64,000 bases of DNA from Mobula hypostoma (lineage: Eukaryota), in the NCBI RefSeq assembly GCF_963921235.1, contig NC_086098.1:38440001-38504000 (forward strand), in the 5' to 3' direction. Positions within the stretch are counted from its first letter, which is position 1, and the number at the start of each line of letters is the position of its first letter. The translations under genes were made by a program, and so were the position numbers. Shown in pieces: positions 25,987 through 38,619 of this stretch. The notes under the pieces were generated by a model. That model did no database searches. It was not told where the DNA came from and was given only the letters and a program-made list of their open reading frames with translations.

Positions 25987-27905
25987 GTAGGTAATGTTTA
26001 GTGGAAACTTAATCTATAGTGCTTATGGATTTTATTTCTCTTTACTTGAAGTCACCCAGTTTTTTTTCTTCCATCATTCCTTCCACTTCCTGACCCTCTG
26101 CCATGTTTCTAACTCTGATTTGGAAAGTTTCCACCCAATTTTAAGGGTATTCACTAGTTTTATACACCGATGGACGCCTGTCCTTTGTGGTTTAGTGTCA
26201 GGCCTAGCTCAAGCTGATTTGCCTCTGCCTCTTAATGTGGATGGTGGTATAGTTATTACTGGCCTTTTTAATTATTGTCATTAGCTTTGAATTTACTGAT
26301 TCCCATCTTCTTTGCCATTTTCATCTTTCTCCATTGCTACACTTGCATTGCTCTTCCCCCCTCCTTTGACTTCAGGCTTTTACTTTTTCTGAAAATTAAT
26401 AGTAGTTGGAGCAGTAAGAGTGCAGGGAAAATAAAAGAAGAGCACTTTGGGAAGGGGCCAGAAGAGGGAGGAATAAGAATGGATTGAAGATGATATCTGA
26501 CCTCCATTATCCATGACTCTTGACAAAATAGTAAATCCCCATCTTCCCAAGGGTAGTCATTGATCAACTTTGTTTCCAAAATCATTGCCTTCTAGATTAT
26601 TACTGCTGAGTAAAATGTATTTACTCACATACTCCTCACATATTTTGTCCACCATTTTTGTCCACCTGCAGTCCTGGGTCTTTTAGGAACAGCTCTCCTC
26701 AATTTTATCACTGTAATCTATCAAATCTCCTCTCAGCATTGCTTCAAAGAGAACAACCCCAGCCTTTCCAGGCTAACCTAATAACTATGATCCCTCATTC
26801 CTGCAAATTCCATTAAGAGAGACCTGGAATTTGCAGAGTGAAACTCCTCTCATCCCCTCTCAGACAGTCACAAATATAGTGAGCTGAACTGAGTACAGCT
26901 CTTAAGTTGTGGTCTAACAAGTGATGTATGCTGAATCATGGAATGTAAGTGATAGGACCACCACTACTCTCGTTGTGCTCTCAGTCTATATGATGTACGT
27001 TGTATTTTCTAAGAATGTTTTGTTTTGAAGAATGTAATGGGAATTGCGTGTTCTCAACTGTCTTGCCTACAGTTTCTACAATAATACCAAAAAGTTTAAG
27101 AAAATGTACAGTAGGATAGGTGTTAGCTAAAGATATTAGAGTTGATTAGAGTATAGAAAATGTGAAACAGGGATTGAGCTGAGTAGAGAAAATAGTCATC
27201 TTTTCAACATTCTAACAACATATTAATCTATAATAAAGTATCATTTATCAACATGTATATATATGTCTTTGGAAAAAGCAATCTGAACTTAAACTGCAGA
27301 TACTGAAAATTTAAAACAAAAAGGAGGAAATGCTGCATTTAATCAGCAGATCAGCTCACATCTGTGACCTAAAAGATTGACTCAGCTTTACTCAGCAATG
27401 CACCCTAACCTGAGTACTTCCAGCTTTTTCTGCCTTGTGTATCAACTTTTTATAGAACATACCTTAAAACATTTTAACTGTGAGTCTGTAAACAATGGCA
27501 AAAGTTTCTTTCTGGCTTGGATTTTCAAATGCTGTTAATACTATGAATTCTGGGTGCTGACAATTTGTTTTTTTTTGAAAGTTCAGTTTAAACATTCTAT
27601 TTTCATACAAGCAATTTCATTTTGGTTATTTTTAGAAAAAATTGGAATGCTTCAATTAGCGTTCAACTTTAAACTTTACCACCTTAATTCAAATATGACC
27701 ACCTTATGTGAATTTTAACTACATCTTGATATCTAATGACATGGCATGGACGATATTTGGTCTGAGAAGCTCACTGATTGCAGAAGATTTTGTGGGTTTA
27801 AAATAAGACTCTAGTAGTAATTTTTAAAGGCTGCTCTGTGCATATTCTTGCTTAATGAGTATAGAAAACTATTCCCTTGCATATTAATCTTCTTTTACGT
27901 TGCAG

Positions 27906-28068
27906 GCTCTAGTTGTATTCTGTGGAGTCATCACTGGGTGCTGCTGTTGTTGTTGTTGCTGCTTTTGTTGTGGAAAATGCAAACCATCAGGAGAAATGGA
28001 AGATTATGATATTATAAATCCTGATGACTTGGAGGCACAGATTAAAGCAGAACACACTAGTGAAGATG
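27906..28068 (+). CDS. DNAJC5G: Cysteine string protein, coding exon 3 (cysteine string)
   Basis: Acceptor TTGCAG|, translation ALVVFCGVITGCCCCCCCCFCCGKCKPSGEMEDYDIINPDDLEAQIKAEHTSED, donor G|GTAAGT. Confidence 0.96.
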
Positions 28069-28531
28069 GTAAGTCAATACAAATGGAATCTGTTTCAATT
28101 ACCAGCCAAAATGTGTAAGCTTTAATTTCACTAGTTGTGATTTATAGGATTTATAGTGGAAAATACACTTTTGAAATTGAGTAAAAGGCATTATTCAGAA
28201 GATTTTCCATCCTGTATAACTAAATTCTGAAATTGTCATTTAAGATACTAAAATAGTTGCAGTTGTGCAGCTTTAGTGTTTGGAATGCTCCAACAATGTG
28301 TTCTGCTTTGTTAATTGTGAACTGATTTTATTCTGAAGCTTGATGGAAGATTCAGTTTATTCATTTTGCATTTTCATGTGCTGGTGTGAAAAGTTGAAAT
28401 GGTCAAGTTGTGTTTGACACTGCCATAAGTGAGCTGTAATTCATTTTATCCATATTTTATGACAAAGTGGAAAAAGATGTTGCAAAAATAGTTTGTTAAA
28501 TTCTGCTCTTTGGTGTTGTATCGAATCATTA

Positions 28532-28705
28532 TGTGGAATCATCACTGCCTGTTGCTGCTTTTGCTGTGGAAAATGAAACTATCAGGAGAAATGGAAGATT
28601 GTTATTATAAATCCTGACTTGGAGGCACAGACTAAAGCAGAACACTCTAGTGTTGATAAGTCAATACAATTGGAATCTGTTTCAATTACCAGCCAACATT
28701 TGTAA
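28532..28705 (+). pseudogene. Degenerate tandem duplicate of the cysteine-string exon (pseudo-exon)
   Basis: Colinear with 27921-28118, with a shortened TGY run, frameshifting deletions and a destroyed donor (GATAAG). Confidence 0.92.
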
Positions 28706-29942
28706 TGTACAAATTTAAACTAAATAGTACAGGAGCAAGGAGCGATATTGTCTTAAAATTGTTAAACTTCAATATAATTGGGAATTAACTAGGAAGGAAA
28801 TATTGGATTCAGGTTCTTTATCATTTGCCACCATTTGCTACATATTATTGAAGACCAACTTTGGGAAGACAAGGAATAAATTAATGCTTCTTTGACACTG
28901 GATACTTTTAGAACAATGGAAAATGATTAATCAAATGAACTTTACAATTCTAGTTTGAAAGCCCCCAGCGGAAGAAATGCTTGGTCACCAGTACAAAGCA
29001 AAATGGGTACATAAGTGCATGTAGTGAGTACGTAATGAGGAAAAATAGTTTTTGGTGTAAGTTTTTGATTGCACTTGAATTGACTTGTTATGGACCCAAG
29101 TTTGGGTTCCAATTTTTATCATAATATTGAACCATTTTGACTTCAAGTGTTTATTGGTTGTTTAAAATGCAAACTATGCCTAATGTGTTCTATTGAGTTA
29201 TAAGGAAATAACATTTGTACACCTCACTGTATCCAAAAACCTGAATTTTTGACCATTATTGAATATCTAAAGCATTAAAAGTCATTTAACCAAGTAATGG
29301 CTCTTTGATTACTACAATTGTGTCATTACGAAGGATTCAAGTAGAATTGTATAATTTAAGGAGGAATGTTATCCCTTGAGGTTTTACCCTTCTGAAAGTA
29401 TTTGTTACTCATGTCTACAGTGCATTCTCACCTACACGACTATTTTGCACACTTAGCTAAAGAAATTAAAGGCTTCCTGCAATAGATTCCATGTGACATT
29501 GCAAAATACAAACTTTGATAATGAATTGTGTTAAAGTGTAAGTATTTCTCAATGCTTTGACACCATTTGAGATATTGAGAATATCCATCTCACAAGTAGG
29601 ACTGTAGTCTACACTTCATTCTTCATGTGGTGATCAAACAAAATGAAGATTGTGTGATAACCAGTCTTACAGACATTGTAGCTCCATTCCACTATTATTA
29701 GTGATATTTTCAGTTCTAGTCACATAATAAGAATGATGAGGCTTTGGAGAGGGTGTAGAGGAGGTTTACTATGATGATGCCTCGATTAGAGGGCATGGGC
29801 TAAAAGGTGAGGCTGGACAAACAGGTTGTTTTCTTTGAGATAGTGGAGGCTGAGGGGAGACCTGAAAGGGTTATAAGATTGAGAGGCCTGTTTCAGCACT
29901 GTACTGATGTATGGTTTACACTTGGTGACTACTTTAAAGATA

Positions 29943-30411
29943 CACTCAGTGGCCACTTTATTAGTTTCAGGAGGTATGCTTGTGATCTTCTGTAGTCCAT
30001 CCACTCCAAAGTTTAGTGTGTTGTGCATTCAGAGATGCTTTTCTGCATGCCACAACTGTAACGTGGTCATGTGAGTTACTGTCACTTTCCTGTCGGCTTG
30101 AACCAGGTCTGGCCGTTCTCCCTGACCTCTCATTAATAAGGCATTTTTACACACAGAACTGTGCATTGCTTTTTTTTTTGGCACCATTCTCAAAATCCCA
30201 GATCTGCAGAGCTACTCAAACCACCTGGTCTAGCACAACAAGCATTCTACAGTTTAAGTCAATCACATTTTTTTCTCCATTCTGGTGAACAACAGCTAAC
30301 TCTTCTGGACCATGTCTGCATTCTTTTGTGCATTGAGTTGCTACCACACGACTGGCTGATTAGATATTTGCATTAATGAGTAGATGTACCTAATAAAGTG
30401 GCCACTGAGTA
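29943..30411. mobile_element. Tc1/mariner-type MITE
   Basis: 22-bp TIR CACTCAGTGGCCACTTTATTAG (one terminal mismatch), flanked by TA on both sides. Confidence 0.88.
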
Positions 30412-30697
30412 TATATTGTTTTCAGACTTTTATTGTAGAAATGCTAAGCTAATCAGTTTATTGAAAAGATTTTTTTAAGTGTTATAACTTTTAAATACTT
30501 TGTGGCTTGGCTCTTTTCCAAAGCTGCCAACTCTGAATCTAGAACAATATGAACAGGTTTGCATCATCACTGCCACCATAATACTCCCCAGACAATAGTC
30601 CAATCTGAAATGGAGGTGTGTTGCAATCCTACATTTTTTGATGTGCTCAGACTGGAGTTGAGTAACTTCAAAATAAGGCAACAAAACCTATCCTGTG

Positions 30698-30868
30698 ACA
30701 CACATCAAAGTTGCTGGTGAACGCAGCAGGCCAGGCAGCATAGGGCAGAAGGGTCTCGGCCTGAAACGTCGACTGTACCTCTTCCATGCTGCCTGGCCTC
30801 CTGCGTTCACCAGCAATTTTGATGTGTGTTGCTTGAATTTCCAGCATCTGCAGAATTCCTGTTGTTTG
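30698..30868. mobile_element. Palindromic PLE-pLTR mini-element
   Basis: About 44-bp inverted arms around a partial hammerhead; flanking direct repeats CTATCCTGTGACA / CTATCCTATGACA. Confidence 0.85.
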
Positions 30869-31497
30869 CTATCCTATGACAACTGAGTTACATGAATAGT
30901 CAGTTGAAAAATTTACATTTTATGCACAAACTAAATTTCATTATATTCCTTTCCTTGGCACTTGAAAAATGTCACATTTAGTTGGTAGTCGGGTCCATAC
31001 ATCGGCATGTGCGGAGTGTCTCAAAGATGTTCGGCCTCTTGAGAAGATGTTTTGCTTTGTATCTCAAGCCCCAGATGGTTTAGTAATTGTTGAACTGGTC
31101 AGAGACCAGGACAGTATACAGTATTTAAAAAAGGCAATTCCATAAATGGGCATTGCATGTGTTACAGGACTCTGAATGCAATCCAGGGTGCACAACTTGT
31201 CTGCTTAATTTTCTATTCATTCATTTAGACATTTGGAAAATTGCCCAATGCATGCTTGCAGTTTCCTGACAGGTGATCTGCAGGAATAATAAATGCAGTT
31301 ACATTCCCAGTTTGTGTAGAATTGTTAAATAATTTAAATGTGGATTAGTGCATGTATAAAGTTAGGATGGTGTTTCATTAAGACCTCTTTAGTATGAGAA
31401 AACATTTTAAAACCAACCCGTAAAATATGATCAATATTAAATACTTAATGTTCTCTGAATAACTCAATTGAGATTTGTTGGTTCAGGAAATAAAATG

Positions 31498-32230
31498 CAG
31501 TGGATTTGGTTAATTGGTGCAGCCACTTATTTGGGACAACTCTTAAAGGACAAATTGAGAAAATAGCCAGGATTCCCTTTATTTATTTGGGACACTGACA
31601 CTTAATTTGGGCAAGATGCTGTGGCAAAACAGTTTTTAAATTAGCGTCAGTCATGTGTACTTGTGTGGCTATTAGACACTACAGCATGCTTAGAGCAAAC
31701 AGCTTTAAAATGCCATCAGTTACATGTGTTCATGTTCAAATAGCAGTGATTTTTTGCTCCCTGCAGTTTCAAGCATTCAGGCTTGGCAATATGAGAAATG
31801 GTGGGAGTGAAAATGAAATAATTTCATGACTTCAAGTTAGGAACTATGAATAATTTGAAAGTATCAACAATCATGAATATTATAATGAAAATGAAGATTC
31901 TTGGGATGCAATTGTCAAAGTATTTTACAAAAGCAGTTCATTGTCTGCACTAGGTGTTCGTGCTAATTTAGTCAATCAAAAGAACACAACAGCATGCACT
32001 GAATGAATTCCTCATAATTAGGAACTAATAGTTATACATAACTAGATTTGTAGTGTGCTAATTTGTTCTGTATTTCATTTAAATATATAATTTGTATACA
32101 GTTAGAATTAATTTGTATATATCTTTTTAACTATTTCCATGAAACTTCAGTTTATTGGGCAGCTGGTTAGGGTCAAAATTGGATCAAAATGCATTGGTCT
32201 TGATGTGTCCCTATTAACCGGAATCCATTG
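31498..32230. mobile_element. Tigger/pogo-like non-autonomous DNA transposon
   Basis: Imperfect TIRs CAGTGGATTTGGTTAATTGG ... CCCTATTAACCGGAATCCATTG followed by TA; an internal acidic remnant resembles Tigger C-termini. Confidence 0.65.
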
Positions 32231-33002
32231 TAATTGATATAATTGATCAACTCTGACAGCTCATTTATTGGCCCATTAAGTTAATTTAGATGGCAGAAGC
32301 ATACCAAAACCTTTGCTAAAACATCAAGTAATAAAATACAATTGAGAATATACTTTACATGAATTTCTAAATATTTAACTTTATTGAATTTGGTGAAGTA
32401 TTAAAAGTAGAAAGATGACCTGAAAGGTAAGTGTTTCTACTTGGGGTGGAAGTTGGATGGCTGCCAGAGGAAATGGTAGGAGCAGGTGCAATTACAATGT
32501 TAAAGGACAGTTGGAAACTTAGGATAATTATACATGTGAGAGTCTAGCATAAATGCAACATAATATCAGGAAATGTGAAAGTTAGCTGAAAGGTGGCTGC
32601 ATATAGAATTTAACATAATCTTTTATGAACAGTGGTGAACACCATTGGTTTTTTTTAATTACTTTGCATTAATGCCATAAATCTTTCTTTGAAGTTTGAA
32701 ATGCTATCAAGTGGCAGACCATACCTTAGAGTTGTGGAGTTATACAGCATGAAAAGAGACCCAGTTCATCTATGCTCACCTAATTCATGGAATATTTATT
32801 ATCAAGATATGTGTACATAATGCAACCATGATGGTTGCCTCCTTACAGGCAGCCACGAAACAAAGAAACCCAAAATAACACAGAAAAAATGACAAATAAT
32901 CTGTGCAGAGAGGGATTAACGAATCGTGCAAACAATAAAAGTAAGCAAATAACATTTAGACGAAAGTGAGTCCTCAGACACTAACCTTGGAGCGAACCTC
33001 AA

Positions 33003-33260
33003 CCTCAGTTCAGTATAGAGCGGAGTAAATGTTGTAGAGCCTGCAGACACGAAGCCCAGAACAGACCTCAGTTCAGAGTAGAGCAGAGTAAATGTCGTAG
33101 AGCCCGCAGACACGAAGCCCAGAGCAGACCTCAGTTCAGAGTAGAGCAGAGTAAATGTCGTAGAGCCCGCAGACACGAAGCCCAGAGCAGACCTCAGTTC
33201 CTCAGTTTAGCCTAGAGCGGAGTAAATGTTGTAGAGCCCGCAGACACGAAGCCCAGAGCA
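33003..33260. repeat. 63-bp minisatellite, about 4 copies
   Basis: CCTCAGTTC recurs at 33003, 33066, 33129 and 33192. Confidence 0.92.
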
Positions 33261-34354
33261 TGGATATTTGGCTCCGGTGTCCTCCTGAGTTAGTCTGATG
33301 TAACTCAAAATCATCTAGACCTTTGCTATCAATATTTTTTTTCCCCAAAATGTCCTTAAGTGTTGCAATTGTACATGCCTCTCCCTGTACCTCGGGCAGC
33401 TCATTCCATATATCCACGATCACCTGTGTGCTGTATGCATTACTGCATATGCATGCGCTTTTCACCTTAAATTTATGGCTTCTTGTTTTGGACCCTACCA
33501 GGCTGGGTAAAAGACCGACCAGCCTTCTGTAACAATTGTCTCACTTTATCAGGTCACACCACCCATCTTCCCCCTTCCACTTCCAGCAGCCGCCTTGCTT
33601 CAAGAAAAATGGTCCCAGCCTATTCAGACTCTTGTAACTGAAGCTCTCGAGTCCTAGCAACACCATTACAAATCTTTTCCGCACCCCTTTCTCCCAACAC
33701 CCTGCCCCAATTTAATCAAATCCTTATAGTATGGCAACTGGAACCACACACAATATTCCAGGTACCACCTCGTCAGTCTTGTACACTGTAGCATTATGTT
33801 CTAACTCTTGTACCCTATGTAGGCAGGTGTGCATCTACTGCCCTGGTTTAACTCAACAAGCATCACTTTGTACTTCAGCTGATGAAACAACTCTTCCTTT
33901 ATCTATTTTCTCAGCTATTGTAACCTTATACTACCACTTTTACTGTCCTTTGCACCAGTTTTGGTATCAGTCTTGCTAATCATGCCATTTATTTTCATTC
34001 AAATTGTTGATAGGAAGAACTTCAAAATGTTTCAGCAGGATGGAAAAGTTGCATTAAATTTAATGTAGCTGTGTATGAGATGTGCTTTGAGTTAATTCTT
34101 AAAGGAAATGCATTAAATAGTATGGAGTATAATGAGGTTTTTTTTTCAAATTCATTAATAAAACAGTTGATAAGTCCATGAAGATTTTCAACTTTGGTGT
34201 TTATTTTTCAGAATAAAAAAAGAACAGCGAAGTCTGAATGTAGATTTATGATCTCTAAAAGGGTTCTGGTGCACTGGAAATATGTGCAATAAATGCTTAC
34301 CTGGATGCTGAGAAAGTTGAGAAAGATTATTGTCAGCAGGGATTGATCTAACTG

Positions 34355-34630
34355 GGCCTCAGAATCAGGTTTAATATCATTGGCATATGTTGTGAAATTT
34401 GTTGTCTTTGCAGAAGCTGTACAATGCAAAGACAACAAATAGAGGAAAAAAGAGTGAATTACAGTAATGTGTAAAATAAAGAAAAGTAGTGTCATGGGTT
34501 CAATGTCCATTCAGAAATTGGATGGCAGAGGGGAAGAAGCTGTACCTGAATCATTGAGTAGGTGCCTACAGGCTTCTTTACCTCCTCTCTGGTAACAAAG
34601 AGAAGAGGGCGTATCTTGGTGGTATCTGGA
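34355..34630 (-). mobile_element. Rex1/Babar LINE 3' fragment
   Basis: Reverse complement of the ...GATATTAAACCTGATTCTGA tail and the LFS.LP.GRR..SL region; homologous to 37322-37600. Confidence 0.7.
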
Positions 34631-36827
34631 GGATGGAATGGGGGAAAAGAACTTCAATTGTTGTGGGGCCAGAAATGGGAGGTATAATTTGATAAGAGTT
34701 TGAATTGTTTTCTGTGCCTTATGGAATGTGGTCCTTGGAACCATGTAGAATAGTTGTGGTGCTATTAAACATTATATTACTGTTAATACATTTAAGGGCA
34801 GTGCTAATGCAGTTTGCTATTGAAAGCAGTTAAGTGGATGTGAAAGGCAGGAAGAAGTAATTATCTGATATTTCTAAAAGAACATCCGTTTGGGTGGCCT
34901 GTTTTTGTGGTGTTGGTTCTATATAAATTTTGTTGAACCTTAAGCTGCATATCAATAGCTGATCCATTAGGAAACAAACCGTTGTAGATTGAGATCATTG
35001 GCATTCAATATTTGTTCTGAGAAATGTAGTGTAGAACAAGTATATTAGATTTTATGTGCAAATAAAAAGTTGGTGTCCAGGTACTACTAATACTGGATGT
35101 GGAACACCTTTTAATGTGCATACTTTGGTTTAAGGCAATATGTAGGTCTGGTCGTAAGTGGAATACTTGTCTATTTAATCAACATAAAATGGAAGATGAA
35201 GAGTGACAAATTAATTTGTATCTGATTTGTCCTTCTTGAATATATTTTATATGATTGCTAATTTGGGAACCTGAGGCGGATTGTCATGCCTAGTTTGGTA
35301 TTGGTCAGTATACTGTTCATTCTCGTAAAGGTGTCTTTTGCCATCCCTATTCTTCTTTTGATGCCCATGTCACACCTGTCATCTGATGTCACCCAGCTTC
35401 CTAACTAGCAAAAGTTCTGTACTTGTTTTATGTCTTCCCTGTTTATTCTCAGCATGCAGATAGGACTCTCCTTTTTAGATATCACCATATATTCTGACAT
35501 TCTGTCCTCAGATGAACATTTAGGAAGAGAAATGGCGATTTCTTTAGTTCGCCCAATGGTAGGCAATAGCAAACCACCGTTGCTAGATACTAGGTTTCCT
35601 AGAATCTATTTCTAAGAAAACCATTGTCAAACTCACAAAATATATCACACAACAACAGCGTCAAGGGAGCTTCAAGACAATTCTGAAGATGCTTTGCTTG
35701 GTACAGTTGATTCTGGTCAGCAGGGGATCCCTGACCGTTATCAAGCTACTGCTCATGAAATTAATGATTGATTTTGATCACTGATCATCATAGTTGCTCT
35801 AAATTGGCTTTGGACTGTGACATTAACTAAACAAATTCATGGGTAGATTGCAGAAAATTTTGCAATGTGTTATTTCAATATCCATTCTTTTTCAACACCA
35901 TGAAGTTGTAAATCTGTTTTTATGTTTTTAAAAAGTGGTAGACTCAGTAACAGAAGATCAGTCAGCCTAACTGTGGTGATGGGCAAATTTTTGGGGATTA
36001 TAATTTAATTTTTTTGGCATTTGGAGTAGGTTAGTAAATGAAAGTCAGCACTGATTTGTTCTGATTGTTAATTGTGGTTCACAATGGAGTAAAAAAATGT
36101 CCCAGTGCATTGAGATCAATGTACATCTGGCTTTTGAAAAAATATTTCCAAATAGCAGGTATTAGCAAAATGAAACCTCCATAGATAAAAGGATGGTAAT
36201 TGGACAAGAATAAATTAGTAACGTAGAAGAATAACAAGAAGCTTGGGGCTAGTAGTAATTTTAGTAAACATAGTACATAGAAAATTGTAGCACAGGAGTA
36301 AGCCTACTGGCCCACTACATTTAGATATTGCCAGTAAATTAAACTAATCCCATCATTTTGTGCATGGTACTTCAATTCCTCTGTTCTGTCTATTTCTGTA
36401 TATATCTTAAACATCGCTATTCCATCAGCCACAACCTCACCTAACAGCATGAAGTTGCAGCTAATTGGTGCAACCTCGCTTAAAACCATGTCCTCTAGAC
36501 TTTGACATTTCCACTTTGGAGACGAGTGATTACTCTGGAAAACAAAGATATATGCTTCCTGTATACTTTTGTATGTATGTTATTGATTTTAGGCTGCCGA
36601 TCATGAAAATCAGCACGTCGCTATCACATACTGTACCATTTTTTTGAAGTCCCCTATCTTTGTTATTTCAATGAATAATTCAAGTCATTTAAAATGTTGC
36701 CCAAATGTAAGCTGAAAAGTTTCCTATCTTGTCCAGGTATGCCTGAGCATACTTAGGTAGGGTGAATGCTGCATGGCAGAACAGGTTTTAGAAAGGCTAT
36801 AAAAGATCATGAAGAAATGATGATTTC

Positions 36828-37034
36828 TTTGGCGAAGTAGCATCAGTGCCATACTTCGGAGTGAAGGCTCCTGAGTTCGAATCCAGCTGGCTCCCTTGCA
36901 CACTTTCCATCCGTGCTGGGTTGAGCGTCGAGCTAGCAACTCGGCTTCGTAAAAATCAGAAAGCCTGCTAAAAAAACGCCGTCATGACGGCGTCCTGATG
37001 ACGCCACTCGGAGTTGAGGGCTTTCTTCTTCTTC
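36828..37034 (+). mobile_element. tRNA-derived SINE nested in the Chapaev-like element
   Basis: A-box-like TGGCGAAGTAG, B-box GAGTTCGAATCC, RTE-like body and (TTC)n tail. A related head occurs in reverse at about 14560-14610. Confidence 0.75.
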
Positions 37035-37321
37035 ATAAAATATCATGCACACACCGTTCTGTACATTGCATTTACATGTAGAGTATATCAGTTTGTGGTC
37101 AAGTTGATGTACATGCTGTACATGCATAGTATATTGCGTGTACTCATTATAATAAAGTAATTGCGTTTTCGGAGTTATTTGTGATAGACAAATGTCTTGC
37201 CAATGTTGCAACAGTCACGAAACTTTCTGTTATATTTGTGGTGCGTATACGCTTAAATCTCAAAGTTGGAGCATGACTCCTCTTACTAAGAATGAGTGTG
37301 AACTCTACTTGGGGGTAAAAT

Positions 37322-37600
37322 ACCCTCTTCTCATTATTACCGTTAGGAAGGAGGTACTTAAGTCTGAAGGCACACATTCAACAATTCAGGAACAGCTTCT
37401 TCCCTACTGGCTTCCAATTTCTAAATGGACATTGAACCTATGAACACTGCCTCACTTTTTTTTATTTTGATCTTTACACTACTTATTTTAACTGTAATTT
37501 AGTTTTTTCCTATATTTTTCATATATTGCATTATACTGTTGCTGCATAGTTAACGATTTCATGACATATGCTGGTGATATTAAACCTGATTCTGATTCTG
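37322..37600 (+). mobile_element. Rex1/Babar 3' fragment nested in the transposase ORF
   Basis: LFSLLPLGRRYLSLKAHIQQFRNSFFP reading and (ATTCTG)n tail. Splits LYLGVK|IGDQDK, with AAAT on both sides. Confidence 0.85.
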
Positions 37601-38414
37601 AAATTGGCGACCAAGATAAAGCCTGAGGTCCTCACGTTTGTTGCACAATATGTGCTGTTGATCTTAGAGCTTGGCTCAGAGGTACTCGGAACTCAATGCA
37701 GTTTGCTGTCCCGATAATATGGGGAGAGCAGAAGGATCATGTGACAGACTGCTACTTCTGTCTGACCAGTGTGTCTGGTTTCTGCGTTTAAAAAAAAAAA
37801 ATTTAAAAAAAAAGATCGAATACCCTAATCTCCCTTCAGCCATGACAATAGTCTTCCAGTATCAAAGCCACTAGAGACATGGAGTCTAGAGTATGCAGAT
37901 GAAGATGCCGTGATGCACGAGCCAGGAATGGGAAACGACATTGATAATGATATAGATTTTGAACTCTTCATGTTGAATGGGCCTCATCTGATAACTCAAT
38001 CTGAGTTAAATGACCTGATCGGAGATTTGGGTTTGTCAAAGGCAAAAGCAGAATTACTGGGTTCAAGACTACAAGGATGGAATCTGCTGTCACCAGACAC
38101 GAAAATATCTGTCTTTCACAGCTGACAAGAAGATTTGACACAATTCTCTGGTCAGGTTGATGATCTGTGTTTCTGCATTGACATAATGGGCTTTTGATTG
38201 CTTTGGGTTGGCAGCATGACCCACGAGAATGGTTTAAGCCTGAAAGCTGAGCTGCTACACAACAGCAATGTCTGCCTTTCAATGCCAATCGACTGTGCAG
38301 TACAGATGAAAGAAAACTACTGAAAGTTGGAAGTCTTGTAGAAATGCATACAGTACAGCAACTACAATTGGAACATCTGTGGTGATCTGAAAGTAGAAGT
38401 GCTACTACTAGGAA

Positions 38415-38619
38415 CACTCACAGCACGCTGGAGGAACTCAGCAGGTCGGGCAGCATTCATGGAAAAGATCAGTTGACGTTTCAGGCCGGAACCCTTTGTC
38501 AGGACCGAAACGTGGACCTATCTTTTCCATGGATGCTGCCTGACCTGCTGAGTTCCTCCAGCGTGTTGTGAGTGTTGCTTTGACCCCAGCATCTGCAGAT
38601 TATTTTGTGTTTACGATTC
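38415..38619. mobile_element. Palindromic PLE-pLTR mini-element nested in the transposase ORF
   Basis: Inverted arms; perfect 14-bp direct repeat GCTACTACTAGGAA at 38401-38414 and 38620-38633. Confidence 0.92.

Noticed and set aside
33003-33260. CRISPR-like periodic array
   Set aside because: Units are contiguous near-identical repeats without unique spacers, the context is eukaryotic, and no cas genes are present.
36828-36890. tRNA gene
   Set aside because: A and B boxes are present but I could not form a full cloverleaf; it continues into a SINE body and (TTC)n tail.
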